In this document: piece after piece, positions 25,471 to 37,560 of the stretch
How positions within the stretch are numbered: the stretch's first letter is position 1
How the letters are laid out: each line of letters begins with the position of its first letter
Assembly (NCBI RefSeq): GCF_964355755.1
Contig: NC_092675.1
Coordinates: 22,416,912-22,480,911 of the forward strand
DNA from: Antedon mediterranea
Taxonomy: Eukaryota > Animalia > Echinodermata
DNA: 64,000 nt
Direction: 5' to 3'
Made by a program: the position numbers and the translations under genes
The notes under the pieces: model-generated
Database searches by the model: none
Told to the model about the DNA's origin: nothing
The model's input: only the letters and a program-made list of their open reading frames with translations

Positions 25471-28027
25471 TTACACTGGAGGTTCTTTTTCTGGATGTTC
25501 ACTATAATCAGGCAGTTGAGCTTGCGTTATATAGTGGCCGCTGTTTTGCTGTGGTTGACCTATAACTTGATGACCCATGACCTGTTGATGACCCATGACC
25601 TGTTGTCCCATGCCTGGTTGTTGACCCATGAACTGTGGTTGACCAATGACCTGTGGTTGACCAATGACCTGTGGTTGACCATAATACTGCTGCACCATAG
25701 GATATCCTTGAACACCAACTTGACCTGCAGTAAATTTGTTGGTTTAATGTTTACGTATTCATGGCACCTTTCCCTCAAATTGAAAAAGTAATGTATATGT
25801 TTATGTAAATTAGGTCCACATAAATAACATACATAATTCAATACAAATGACAAATTTTGCATAGATAATTCCATTTCTGTTTTGTAATATTCATTAATTT
25901 ACTTTTCTTGGGCTATTCATAAAAATGTGACTTCATAAAACATTTAGGATTGAACTGTAATTAATGCATAGCTAAAAACTAGATAGCCAGGTTTCTTTAG
26001 GTCACCATTTCACTACTAATTTTTAAGAGCATAATCAATGATTGAAAGGACTCAAATCGAGAAAAATTGTAGAAACTGAAATAACAAAATATAGAAACTG
26101 TAAAATAATTGCTCACCATCTACCAGCAGAGATATGCGAACAAGACTTTAGTCACCATGTGGATTAGGCAGTTTCATGTAAAATAGACCTACTATATTTA
26201 AATACTTATTTACCATAAAATACAAAGAATATGAAATTACCAGATTGTACCACATAGGTAGCATATTGAGTCTGAAAACAGAGCAAAAATATGTGCACTT
26301 TTATAAATTATCTCATGTAATTCACACAGTTTGTTTATTAAAAAAACATTAACATTTAAACTGTTGTGATCTGATACACAATAGCAGGTTTATCATACAT
26401 ATATTGCTTCATGGTACTGTATATCAAATCCAGTATAGGCCTATCTGTCATACCGTAAAACCTTTTTAAGTACTTTTTAGGTGGGCTACTTTTCAAGATG
26501 AGCTTCTTTTCAAGATTACTTTTGAAAACTAAAGACTAAATTTTACATATTTGTGAACAAAATACCAAGATATTTGGCATTAAATAACCTTTGATATTCA
26601 AATAGTCTAAGTCGAAAAGAAGTCCATAATACCTTGAAAAGAAGCTCAGTGGATTAAGAGATGGTCTTATTTTCGAAAGAGGTTTTACAGTATACTGTAC
26701 GAGTATAATACTGTATGAGTATAATACTGTATGAGTATAATACTGTATGAGTATAATACTGTATGAGTATAATACTGTATGAGTATAATACTGTACGAGT
26801 ATAATACTGTACGAGTATAATACTGTACGAGTATAATACTGTACGAGTATAATACTGTACGAGTATAATACTGTACGAGTATAATACTGTACGAGTATAA
26901 TACTGTACGAGTATAATACTGTACGAGTATAATACTGTACGAGTATAATACTGTACGAGTATAATACTGTACGAGTATAATACTGTACGAGTATAATACT
27001 GTACGAGTATAATACTGTACGAGTATAATACTGTACGAGTATAATACTGTATGAGTATAATACTGTATGAGTATAATACTGTATGAGTATAATACTGTAC
27101 ATAAACAATGATATAAATATTTTGAGCAAAATAAGAAACTCACATTTGTTGGTGTTCCACAGCAACATGTTGCACCAGAGCACATGTAGACTGACGAAAT
27201 TATTGCAACCACAAGTTCTATGCCTCCAATTATCGTACAAAGAATGTCAACAGCCCTACCACCTCCCTATGTATGTAAATAATGTTGCAAACATTAGTGC
27301 ATATTCTATACTTTTTGTCAGCAAGCATGTAGTAATTTTCCAATTACATGATATGATAGATTTGCATAAATTGTCTAGTATTACTCACATAATAGTAGTA
27401 GGCAGCACTGCTAATACTACCAATAATAACATGAACTCCTGCTGTAACAGCTGCCATTATTGACATCACAAGACAACCAACAATCTGTAAATATATGTTA
27501 CAATTTATTTGTAAGACTAAACCTTTTACCAGTATTCATACGAATAATAAATTAATACATTAAATTCAATCACAGTAACTTACAGCACAAGAGTTTTGTC
27601 CTTTAGAATGTCCAGCAATTATTCCCAGAATTCCAGCAACAAGATAAAACTGTTAGGGGAAAAAATGGCATGAACCTAATCAAAATTAGATGTAGTAACA
27701 ACATACAACATTTTACAAATTTTAATATTAGTTTTCAATATAAAATATTCAAATAAGCAGTTATACTGGTTAGGTATCATAACAAAAATATGTAATAATC
27801 ATTACCCCAAGTGCACCCCATATTGGTACAGCAATATATCCTTGAGTAAATCCAAGAAAAATACACCCTACACCAAAAGCAAGCGATAAAACAGATAAAC
27901 TAATTTGGATATAGCCAGTCACTAGTGCAGCTTTAGTGTTTAAACTTGAAACTTTTCCTGGCTGTTGATAGTAAATTACTGGTCCAGCCTCTGGGGCAAC
28001 TTGCAGTGGCACAGTAGTTGTCGTCAT
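25471..28027 (-). CDS. MS4A/CD20-like four-TM protein, copy D (about 263 aa, intact)
   Basis: Exons 28027-27806, 27649-27584, 27484-27389, 27266-27144, 26271-26241 and 25724-25471, all GT-AG and in frame. Four TMs, MCSGATCCCG cluster, GQPQV repeats, C-terminus LPDYSEHPEKEPPV. Confidence 0.9.
26453..26690. mobile_element. Tc1/mariner-type MITE in intron 4 of copy D
   Basis: TIRs CCGTAAAACCT / AGGTTTTACAG flanked by TA. Confidence 0.7.
26693..27100. repeat. 16-bp minisatellite (TACTGTAYGAGTATAA), about 25.5 copies
   Basis: Perfect tandem array except one C/T site; it produces the spurious ORFs 26536-27240 and 26685-27212. Confidence 0.98.
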
Positions 28028-28757
28028 TGTACAGTATTTGCTAATAAAATCTAGAAAAGAAAACAATCTGCATTAGCAATACCAGATCCAAACAGTGTTT
28101 AATTCAACACAAATGTAACAAAATGACCGCTCTGATAAATTTTATAAAATATTATTCGTATTAGTCATATGGCAAAGTCACAAGTGTTCTTAGTACTCTA
28201 CCCTACAGTATTACTACTAGTATTCCTAGTACTAGAGTAGCTAGACTACTACTACTACTTCTACTAGGCCTATATTATATAGTAGTAATAGTAAACTAGC
28301 CTAGCTAGTTGGGCTAGTATAACTATCTATATGGTCTAGTGTTTAGTTACTTGGTTAATAATACATAAAAAATAGGCCTAGTAATTACTTTTTTTTTACA
28401 AACTTTTTTTACTACTTTCTAGGTAGCCTAACCCTAAAGTACTAGCTAGGCCTAGAGCTACTACTACTAGGCCTAGGCTAGATAGTAGTAGGTAGCCGGC
28501 CTAGGCCCACGAATGATTAAATCCCGGCGGACCCGGTTGATCAGCAAGGCCTCCTAGGCTAGAGCCTACTAGTAGATAGAGGCTAGTAGGCCTAGGCTAG
28601 CTTCTAGCTACCTAACCTACTACGGACATCCCTTACTACAGAGGTAGGCTACCTACTTACTATACCTACTAGAGGGTGGCCTAGATAGCTAGGAATATTC
28701 ACTAGCTAGGGCCTAGTATATTAATAATTATTACGTATTGTTTGATACTTTATAAAC

Positions 28758-28929
28758 ACTTCCTTGTTTGCTCTTTCTTTACTCTATAATTAACTATTAA
28801 TTATTGCGTCGTCAATAAACAAAACCAACCAAGTGTATCAAACCAAAATGTATGACGTCACAATTTCCAACTTTTTGTTGTTAATGCGTTGCTCAAGGAT
28901 TTGTATGGAGGGCAATATCCGTCAAAATA
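28758..28929 (-). promoter_or_regulatory. Putative promoter module of copy D (ETS + CRE + conserved block)
   Basis: ACTTCCTTG at 28758, TGACGTCA at 28853 and gtatggagggcaatatccgtcaaaata; the same order is found upstream of copy E. Confidence 0.5.
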
Positions 28930-30211
28930 AACAAATCAAAACAGTACTTCTTACTTGTGTTGTAAGCAACTTTTATAGTTAGCATATTATAAATAAGTGA
29001 GAATAATTACCATAGATTTTTTCTCCATGCTCTATAAAATAATATGCCAGTTGGTTGTGATTTTTTTTATTTGTTGTGTTTTTTTAGAATGATCATCCCC
29101 ATCCATCACACTTTTGCATCCAGTGGTTAGTACGGTAGTAGTAGCAGGAATAACAGAAGGTGATTGATAATGTAAGAAGTTAATAATCCAAATAAATCAT
29201 GCATTGAGGATTTTTATTCTTTAAGAATCTAAAATAAACAATACAAAATATGGCAATACAAATTAGATTTTAAAATGAACTATACTTGGTATATAAATAT
29301 GGACACATAATTCCTATTAGATAGAAATATAAATTCCTTTATAATTTGTGCAAGCTTTTGCTTGATAGTGAAGTTTAAAATAAACAAGGTGCTAATACAC
29401 TACACTTTAATGAAAATGCATGTGTTGCTACTTGTATTAGAAATATTGCTTACTTATACTTATTCTTGAGAGTTTTAAAATTATTATTATTATTATTTAT
29501 TGCCAAAAACCAGTTACAAACAAACAAAACACAGAAACTAAGGGAGTAGGCAGGAACCTAAAAGTGAACCTAATCACTATAACAAGAGTTCAGGTTCCGT
29601 ACTCCCAAAGTAACAACAATGATATAAAATAAACTATATAAAATGCAGTATTATGGTCAACATAATTTGTTTATGGAAAGAAGAAAAAAAGTTAATGATG
29701 ATTACGAGTTTGTAGAGAGATCAAAATCATGCTATGCCTATTCAAGGATGCTTTCATCTGAACTATACGGCTGATAAATATAAGTTTTAGAAATATTACT
29801 GTATTTGGAAGAACCAACAAAGATACAAGGTAGTAGTAAATACTTCTAACCACCAAGCTACATTGCAACTACAAACTTGTATAACATTTCACACAATACT
29901 GACTGCAGCATAACTAAGCAGATACATTTTACTATAAAAATACTAAATAATTAAATAGCATGAATGCTGTTGAATCTTGAATATTATAGGCCTACTAATG
30001 ACAAATAATCATGGTTCCAAGTAAACATTTCTTTGAATAACCAGGTTAGAATGCCATTTACTAACGTGTCAATACAATTCTTTCTTAGACATTCTATACT
30101 AATTGTCTATGAAACTAGCAACAGTTACTTGATTTTATATATTTTTGCTTTGAATGTATTGAAGAGGTCTTCTGCCTATTTATAAATGGATCACCCACAT
30201 TACTCAAGCAA

Positions 30212-33200
30212 TTATAGATGTTTTACAAGAGGTTCTTTCACTGGATGTTCACTATAAGCAGGCAGTTGTACTTGAGCTTGGTCCATATACTGGCTGTTTT
30301 GCTGTTGCAGGTGAGCTTGAGCTTGCCCCATATACTGGCTGTTTTGCTGTGGCAGTTGTTCTCCAGCTTGCCCCATATACTGGCTGTTTTGCTGTGGCAG
30401 TTGTTCTCCAGCTTGCCCCATATACTGGCTGTTTTGCTGTTGCAGGTGAGCTTGAGCTTGCCCCATATACTGGCCTTTTTGCTGTGACAGTTGTGCTTGA
30501 GCTTGGCCCGTATACTGGCTGTTTTGCTGTGGAAGTTGTGCTTGAGCTTGCCCCATATACTGGCTGTTTTGCTGTGGCAGTTGCGCTTGAGCTTGCCCCA
30601 TATACTGGCTGTTTTGCTGTGGTTGAAACATGATATGTTGTTGACCCATGACCTGTTGTTGACCCATGACCTGTTGTTGACCCATAAACTGTGGTTGACC
30701 AAAATACTGCACCATAGGGAATCCATGACCACCAACTTGTCCTGTAGTGAATCAGGATTTAAAGTGTATTAGATCCTAATTGACTACAATCAGACATACT
30801 CAGTTAAGCTTTTACCATAAGGCCAATTTACACAGACAAGTGGTAACGTTAGGTGGAAACAGCGTGATTGTCCCACATAGAAATTGTGTTTATCATGGGC
30901 AGGTTTCCGCTCAACTGCTCATCCACGTGGAAGGGCCTCTAGTATATACATTGAAAGAGATTTGAAAATGCATCCTTGTAAAATTCGTTAAAAATGCATT
31001 AAATACTGTAAATCTGTTGAAAATTGTGTGTCTATTCTAAAACTGAAAATCTTGCTTAATAAGCCACAAATAGAGAGAAGCTCATAACCCATTAATTTTT
31101 TGAAAAAGAAAAAACAATTGTGATACATAAATAATATCTTACCAGATTGTACCACATAGGATGTATATTGAGTCTGGAAAATAAAGCAAAATAACAATAT
31201 TATTAAAGACACCTTCCCTACAATTTGGGACGTTTTGTAGAAATAATACATATATATTACTTTAAAAACATTAAACCGGGTCATTCCTTGTCTAAAATGT
31301 ACGTTTTATGGTAAATTATGATAAAAAGTGAGAAACAATGCACTACCTAAGTAGCTCGCGGCGACCGACCTCTCGTGGACGGTCTTTAGGCCTTTAGTTT
31401 TGTAGGCCTAGCTGGTAAACATCAGTAACGTACGAACATCGTACGCTAGCTATATAGGTAGCCTGATGTTGTATAGTTGCTGCATTAATTGTCTTTCTAT
31501 TTTTGCCAGACTCCGTTGATACAAATTGGGGAAAACCCGGTATTTTCGCTGAAAAGTTAGGAGTCTTCCATTTGTTTTGGCCTCACGATCGATCGAAAAG
31601 TGGGTGAATTACAGAAGAAAAACAGAAATGCGCAATGCATTTTGGGATTTATAGCGGGCCGCTATAATAATTAGAATCGACTTATTTTTCACATTTTTAA
31701 CCATTTAAAGACGAAAAAAGTTATCGCAATAGGACCATATAGTATTATTTTTACATAAAATATAGTTTATGATCTTAAAATAGATCTAAAAAACGTAGGG
31801 AAGGTGTCTTTAATCAAAATAAATAAAACAATTCTATAGGCCTACCAATACTGTCTATGTTCAAATATCAACTATACTATTCCATAATAAATCAACAATT
31901 AACATGAGTTATTTGTTAATCTGGGAAGTAAAATATATTGGGCCAATTTTTATACTGTATATTTATTATCACACACTAGCAAATCTAAAATCATACAATT
32001 AAAACTGTTATTGGCCATTATTCACCAAGAGCACGTATGAATAGGCCTATTTTCATCATAGCACTAATGGAAAAAAACAAAATTCCACTGTTTAGGTAGT
32101 TTTCCTATTGTACCACAACTCACACATAGAGATGAGCATAATAATATAGGTCTGGATTGTAAACGCCAACTCAGACAGCATTGTACGACGAAACGTCTTG
32201 ACTTGTCGGTGCTGTCTGCTTTGAATCCAGACAGGACGAGTCGTCTTAAAATAGCGTCGGACATAGATTTTAGGTCGTTGAGGCAACTCATCGGGCATCC
32301 TCGTACAACACTGTCTGAGTTGGCCTTTAGTCTCCCTACTATAGCAATAATAGAAACTCACATTTGTTGGTGTTCCACAGCAACATGTTGCACCAGAGCA
32401 CATGTAGACCGATGAAATGATTGCAACCACAAGTTCTATGCCTCCAATTATCGTACAAATAATGTTCACAACATTATGACCAGTACCCTACATTACAAAT
32501 AACACATTTCAACTGCACATTGTGACATTTTGATTAAATTTTTAAAAAAAAGAAATATTGTAATTATACAACTTTATTGATAATATAATTTAATAATAAT
32601 TGAGCGAAAATGAATTTGAAACTATAGGCCACAGAACAAAAGAGTTAACCAAACATTTGTCAGTGTTAGATGGTCCATCATAAAGGTTTGTGGTAACTCT
32701 ATAAATGTGGGAATTAACTCACAAAATAATAGTAGTCGTCAGATGCATATACATTGCTAATACTACCAATAATAACATGGACTCCTGCTGTAACAGCTGC
32801 CATTATTGACATCACAAGACAACCAATAATCTGTAAATATGTTACAATGTATTTATTGCACTGTATAGTATTACTGTACTTTATTTAAAGCCTTTATTTA
32901 TTTGTTGACACTTTTGAATCAGTGGCACTGACAATATGCAGTGCAAGAAACTAATCAGAACATATTGAAAATTTAAAAACATGAATAACTAAAACTATAA
33001 CCAAGTTTTTAAAAAAATAACTTCTAGAAACTACAGTTTACAAGCAACAATTCAATATTATAAATTGATTATTGGGAGTACTTTATAAGGATCGTTTCTC
33101 CCATGCAGAATTTAAATATTTTTTACAAAATTTATCAAATGAGTTTTTAGAAAGAGGGACAGACTCTCCTCCTAATATAAAATTTAATTTGTTTGTCATC

Positions 33201-34608
33201 ATTTGCATTTACAAGTAATGTCCATAAGTCATAATCATTACACAGGGTCAAGTCATTTTCTAGGTTTCTTAATTCTTCTTTTCTAATGTTTTCAAAAGCG
33301 TTACAGTTCAAAACATAATGTTTAATACCTTCAAATTCACCATTGTTACATAGTGTGCAAACACCTGTGGCTTCACTTGACCACTTACATGTTTTACAAT
33401 CAAGTTGTTTGATCTAGCCTTAAACTTTAAGCTGGCACCATACAAATTTGTTTTGTCAAGAAGATATTTTTCTAATTTTGGTTCAGGTTTTGATTTAGAA
33501 TAAACGTTTAAGGAAGTTTTTGTAGTAAATATTTTGACCACTCTGATTTATATGATTCTGTTCAATATTCTTAAACTGAAAATGATGTGAAAGACAGATT
33601 ATTAACATTAAATATATTATCATTATGAGTTTACATAATTTGTACATTTGTCAAATGCATTAACACAACTACGTAAAAATAAGTTACAATCAGTTTGTAC
33701 CATACAATCTAAGACAATTTTTGGCCACTAGTGTCCATTTCTATAAATCGATTAAACAGCTTTGTTTTAGATATTTCATGTAGTTGAGACAAAGGGGCCC
33801 AACCAAGATCACCATAAAGGGCTTCACAGGGTGTATACCGTGGAGCCTTTAGTAAATAATGTGCCATTTGTAGTTGATGTCTTCATTATCTTTCCTTATT
33901 ATCTTTGCCAAATCTAATGAAAATCTAAGCTCTTATCAGAAGATTGTGATTTTTTAGCAGAAAACAAGATGAAATAAATTATGGTAGACTAGCATTTAAT
34001 TTTACAGTAATTTAAAATGTTTTTTTAAAACAAGGAATAAACAAATGTAAGCCCATTGTGATTTCAATCTTAACAATAAGAATTTTATACATATAAAGTC
34101 CCCAATATAAATAGTAACTTACAACACAAGCATTTCGCCCTTTAGAATGTCCAGCAACCACTCCCAGTATTCCAGCAACAAGATAAAACTGTTGGAAAAA
34201 TGTGACATAAACCTATAAAATTGATGCAATTTAACATACAAAATTCACTTTGAAGTTACTAAAAATAAAATAACAATTTACAGTTATTAGAAATTAATCT
34301 TTCAAATTATGAAATCTCTAGCAAAACACTTTTAAATACCATATAATATTAGATAATAAATAAGCAACTATATTTACCCCAAGTGCACCCCAGATTGGGA
34401 CAGCAATGTTGCCCTGTAAATATCCAAATTCGAGGCATGCTACACCAAAAGCAAGAGATAAAACCGATAAACTAATCTGCATATAGCCAGTCACAAGTGC
34501 AGCTGTAGTGTTTAAACTTGATGGGACTTGGCTTCTTCCCGGTTGACAGAGAAAGACTGGTGCAGCCTCTGGAGCAACTTGCAGTGGAACAGCTGCTGTC
34601 GACGTCAT
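30212..34608 (-). CDS. MS4A/CD20-like four-TM protein, copy E (about 363 aa, intact, expanded Gln-rich tail)
   Basis: Exons 34608-34378, 34188-34123, 32830-32723, 32487-32362, 31173-31143 and 30741-30212, in frame. The tail has 8 copies of a 15-aa QQNSQYMGQAQAQLP unit and ends LPAYSEHPVKEPLVKHL. Confidence 0.9.
30260..30620 (-). repeat. Coding 45-bp tandem repeat (8 units) in the last exon of copy E
   Basis: Repeated gcttgccccatatactggctgttttgctgt core, encoding QQNSQYMGQAQAQLP variants. Confidence 0.95.
31207..31809. mobile_element. Kolobok-type MITE (TTAA target site) in intron 4 of copy E
   Basis: TIRs AGACACCTTCCCTAC / GTAGGGAAGGTGTCT, flanked by TTAA at 31203-31206 and 31810-31813. Confidence 0.85.
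32160..32329. mobile_element. Short palindromic MITE (Harbinger-like)
   Basis: GCCAACTCAGACAGCATTGTACGA ... TCGTACAACACTGTCTGAGTTGGC inverted ends. Confidence 0.7.
33060..33900 (-). mobile_element. Degenerate non-LTR retrotransposon 3' fragment in intron 2 of copy E
   Basis: Minus-strand peptides LYGDLGWAPL... and SLNVYSKSKPEPKLEKYLL...LKFKARSNNL resemble the post-RT region of LINE ORF2; stops and frameshifts present. Confidence 0.6.
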
Positions 34609-34999
34609 TTTAGTTGTTTGAAATACTAAGGAGAGAGGAAAGCATACTATTTTAATATAATAATGCCAGAGTTCTCAATAGGCAGATGCCCTAACTCATA
34701 GCTTGCATAGGCTCTACTCTTGCACTAGACCATACCTGCTGCTATTCGGCCCTTTGATTGAAGACACTGCCTGCAATCTGTGTATCACAATCTGAAATAG
34801 GCAGTGCGTAGGTCTCGCTATGATGTTATGCTAATAAGGTTCAAAACCCATTAGTACAATAACTTTTCTCAATATTTCCTATAGTGCCAGCGGGATGTTT
34901 TTTGTTTTCAGGATCCTCAAAGCGTAGGAGTAGATAGATGTAGCCACTGTGTAAAGCTCTTCTACTGGCACTTCACAAAATAGTTGAGGATTTCAAACG

Positions 35000-35836
35000 G
35001 GTGCAGGTCAAGTCGGCCCTAAACCGTTTCGGCCAAAGTCAAGTCGGCCCCACGTCAAGTCGGCCCCACGTCAAGTCGGCCCCAAGTCAACTCGGCCCCA
35101 CGTCAACTCGGCCAAAAACTAATCGGTCAACTCGGCCACAATAAAGTATGGAACGCAAAAAGTGGTTAATATTATTATGATTCTTACTATCCACGCTTTA
35201 AAAAAAATGAATAAAAAAAAATATATAATTAAATAATATCATATAAAAAAATGAACTCATTGCCGATATGAATATAAGTACCCGCGTGTTACAAAAACAC
35301 GTGCAGGTACCGCATTTTAGTAAATCGAAGACGGAGGCCTACGTTCCACCATTTGGCCATAGAAAAAATGATCGTACATCGTTTTTGTCCATGATTTGCG
35401 TTTAAAAAAAAGGGAATCCCCCGGTCAGTGAAAACACGTAGCAGTTGTAGATATCGAAAAAGCTGCCAAAGGCGCAGGGAGGCGCAGCTACGAATTGTTT
35501 TCAATTGTGCAATTAGAAATTTTATTAAACGTATTAATAAAGGAAAGTTGGTGAAATCATTCCTATTTTTTTTGCTAAATATATTATTGTCTAAATATTC
35601 ATTAAAAGTCAGAATTATTTATAGTTAAAAAATTGTTTAGAAATATTATTTTATCAATCCCCTTCATTTGCACTTTTTGCGTTCCATACTTTAACGGGGC
35701 CGAGTTGACCGATTATTTTTTGGCCGCGTTGACTTGAAGCCGAGTTGACTTGAAGCCGAGTTGACTTGAGGCCGAGTTGACTTGAGGCCGACTTGACTTT
35801 GGCCGAGACGGTTTAGGGCCGACTTGGATCGAAACC
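35000..35836. mobile_element. MITE with long TIRs made of 15-bp GTCAA(G/C)TCGGCC repeats, upstream of the first coding exon of copy E
   Basis: CAAGTCGGCCCTAAACCGT(T/C)TCGGCCAAAGTCAAGTCGGCC at both ends, in inverted orientation. Confidence 0.9.
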
Positions 35837-36131
35837 ATAGTGGCCTGCCTACTACGGAGATCCCCTACTACTACCTAGCCTAAGGCTAGGTTGGTAAGCT
35901 TAGCCGGCCAACTCTTCTGCTGCTGGTCTTTCTTAATCTTATCTTAAGTTTTACTAGCTGTCACAAGATATAATAATATATATAATATTATATATATTAT
36001 TATAAATAACATTAAATCTATCTAAAGGTTACGATAGTATATATTTTACGAAAAATATGCATGTTTTTTTAAATCACAATACTACCTTTTGTTTTAAGTA
36101 AAAGGACTTTGTCTCCGGTACTGAGGTACTT

Positions 36132-36213
36132 ACTTCCTTGTCATTTTTATTGTTGATTTAGGTATGACGTAATGTGCTGCTGATTGGTATGGAAGGCAAA
36201 TACCGTTAAAATA
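36132..36213 (-). promoter_or_regulatory. Putative promoter module of copy E
   Basis: ACTTCCTTG at 36132, TGACGTAA at 36165 and gtatggaaggcaaataccgttaaaata. Confidence 0.5.
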
Positions 36214-37449
36214 CAAGTCAAATGTAAATGAATGGTTTTACACTTTTGGTTTTAATCATTACAAATGTAGGTGAATTTATTAACCTGATGGATTGTTGTG
36301 CCCTCTCTCCAATAATAATATAGGCTGTGTATACCATATGAATTGTGGTACCGCCCGCACCTTCCTCCCCATAATAATCTCGAAAGATGTACTACTAGTA
36401 CTGAGAGGTGGTTTAAATGAAGTAGTCCTAATTAAAGTTTGAATTAAAAATGTTCAAACCCTTGTAAAGTAATACACCATTCCAAAAAAGAAAATCAATG
36501 AATAAAAGTGATGTCTCTAGATGAATGGCCAGTGTCCCCTTGCACTTTAAACACACCTCTACAAAATAATTAACATTTTTCAACATAGTAACTTTAAAAA
36601 TCTGGTAATTTTAGATTTTTTTTCCTCATATCAAATAAGAACAATTTTACAACCCAAAACAAAAAATTTATATTAAGATCCTTTATTGACAAACAATGTG
36701 TAAACACATTTGAATCATTTATAATGCAATCTATTATTTTACAAAGAAAATCGGGTATTTTTAAAGTAAGTTCCATCATACGCGACTGTTTTGTTTTTGC
36801 TTTCAATTATGCAATTAATTAGTTTACTAAAGTAAAATGTGAATATTTCTTAAACTTGAAAATTCTTTGAGCAATACTGTATTTCTGAAAATTGCTCCTA
36901 ACATTCTGTTAGTAAATATCATGTTCAAAACAGTCAGTTCTTTTTCATATGAATGTAAATGGCACTGCAAAATCCTTCTTCATACCTGCAATGAGATAAA
37001 AAGAATTGATAATTAATGAAGACAAAAAATACTTCAGCATTTATTGAAGAAATAAAAATTATAAATTGTTACACCTTATCATGATATTTTGTTATGTTTA
37101 TCCAAAAAATGAAGAAAATTGAATTTAGAGGGAGATGACACAAAATACTGGGAGACTCCTGTGATTATCAGGGAGTTTAGATGTCTAGGATACATCATAT
37201 AGTAGGTGTGTGAAAACAATTGAGACAGACCACTACAATAAATTCATTGGACAGGAGCCAAGACAATGATATGCTTTTGATTAAAATTTTATTATATATC
37301 TGGCAAACACACTGTATAGAAATATATATGAATGAATTTCCAGACGGATTAATAAAGATAATTTAAATAAAGGAGGCCTAGCTACCCAACCCAGTAGATA
37401 TTCTACTTGTTGTTGGCTATATAATATAACAGATATCGCCTTTTATATC

Positions 37450-37560
37450 GGTAAAATATAAGATTTGACATCCACTCGGGAATGATATTTTGCTCTTGGG
37501 AAATATATTCCCTCAAGCAAAATATCATTCCCGAGGGGATGTCAAATCTTATATTTCACC
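37450..37560. repeat. About 110-bp near-perfect hairpin downstream of the ATP5F1D stop
   Basis: AATATAAGATTTGACATCCACTCGGGAATGATATTTTGCT pairs with AGCAAAATATCATTCCCGAGGGGATGTCAAATCTTATATT. Confidence 0.9.

Noticed and set aside
26693-27100. CRISPR-like appearance of regular repeats (also 60635-60780 and 61165-61714)
   Set aside because: Head-to-tail repeats without unique spacers, no cas genes, and a eukaryotic context.
26536-27240. 234-aa and 175-aa ORFs with YSYSIILVQYYTRTVL repeats
   Set aside because: Artefact of a stop-free 16-bp minisatellite inside an intron of copy D.
30218-30772. Antisense and alternative-frame ORFs over the E tail (also 25459-25874 over D)
   Set aside because: Shadow ORFs of coding tandem repeats whose unit length is a multiple of 3.
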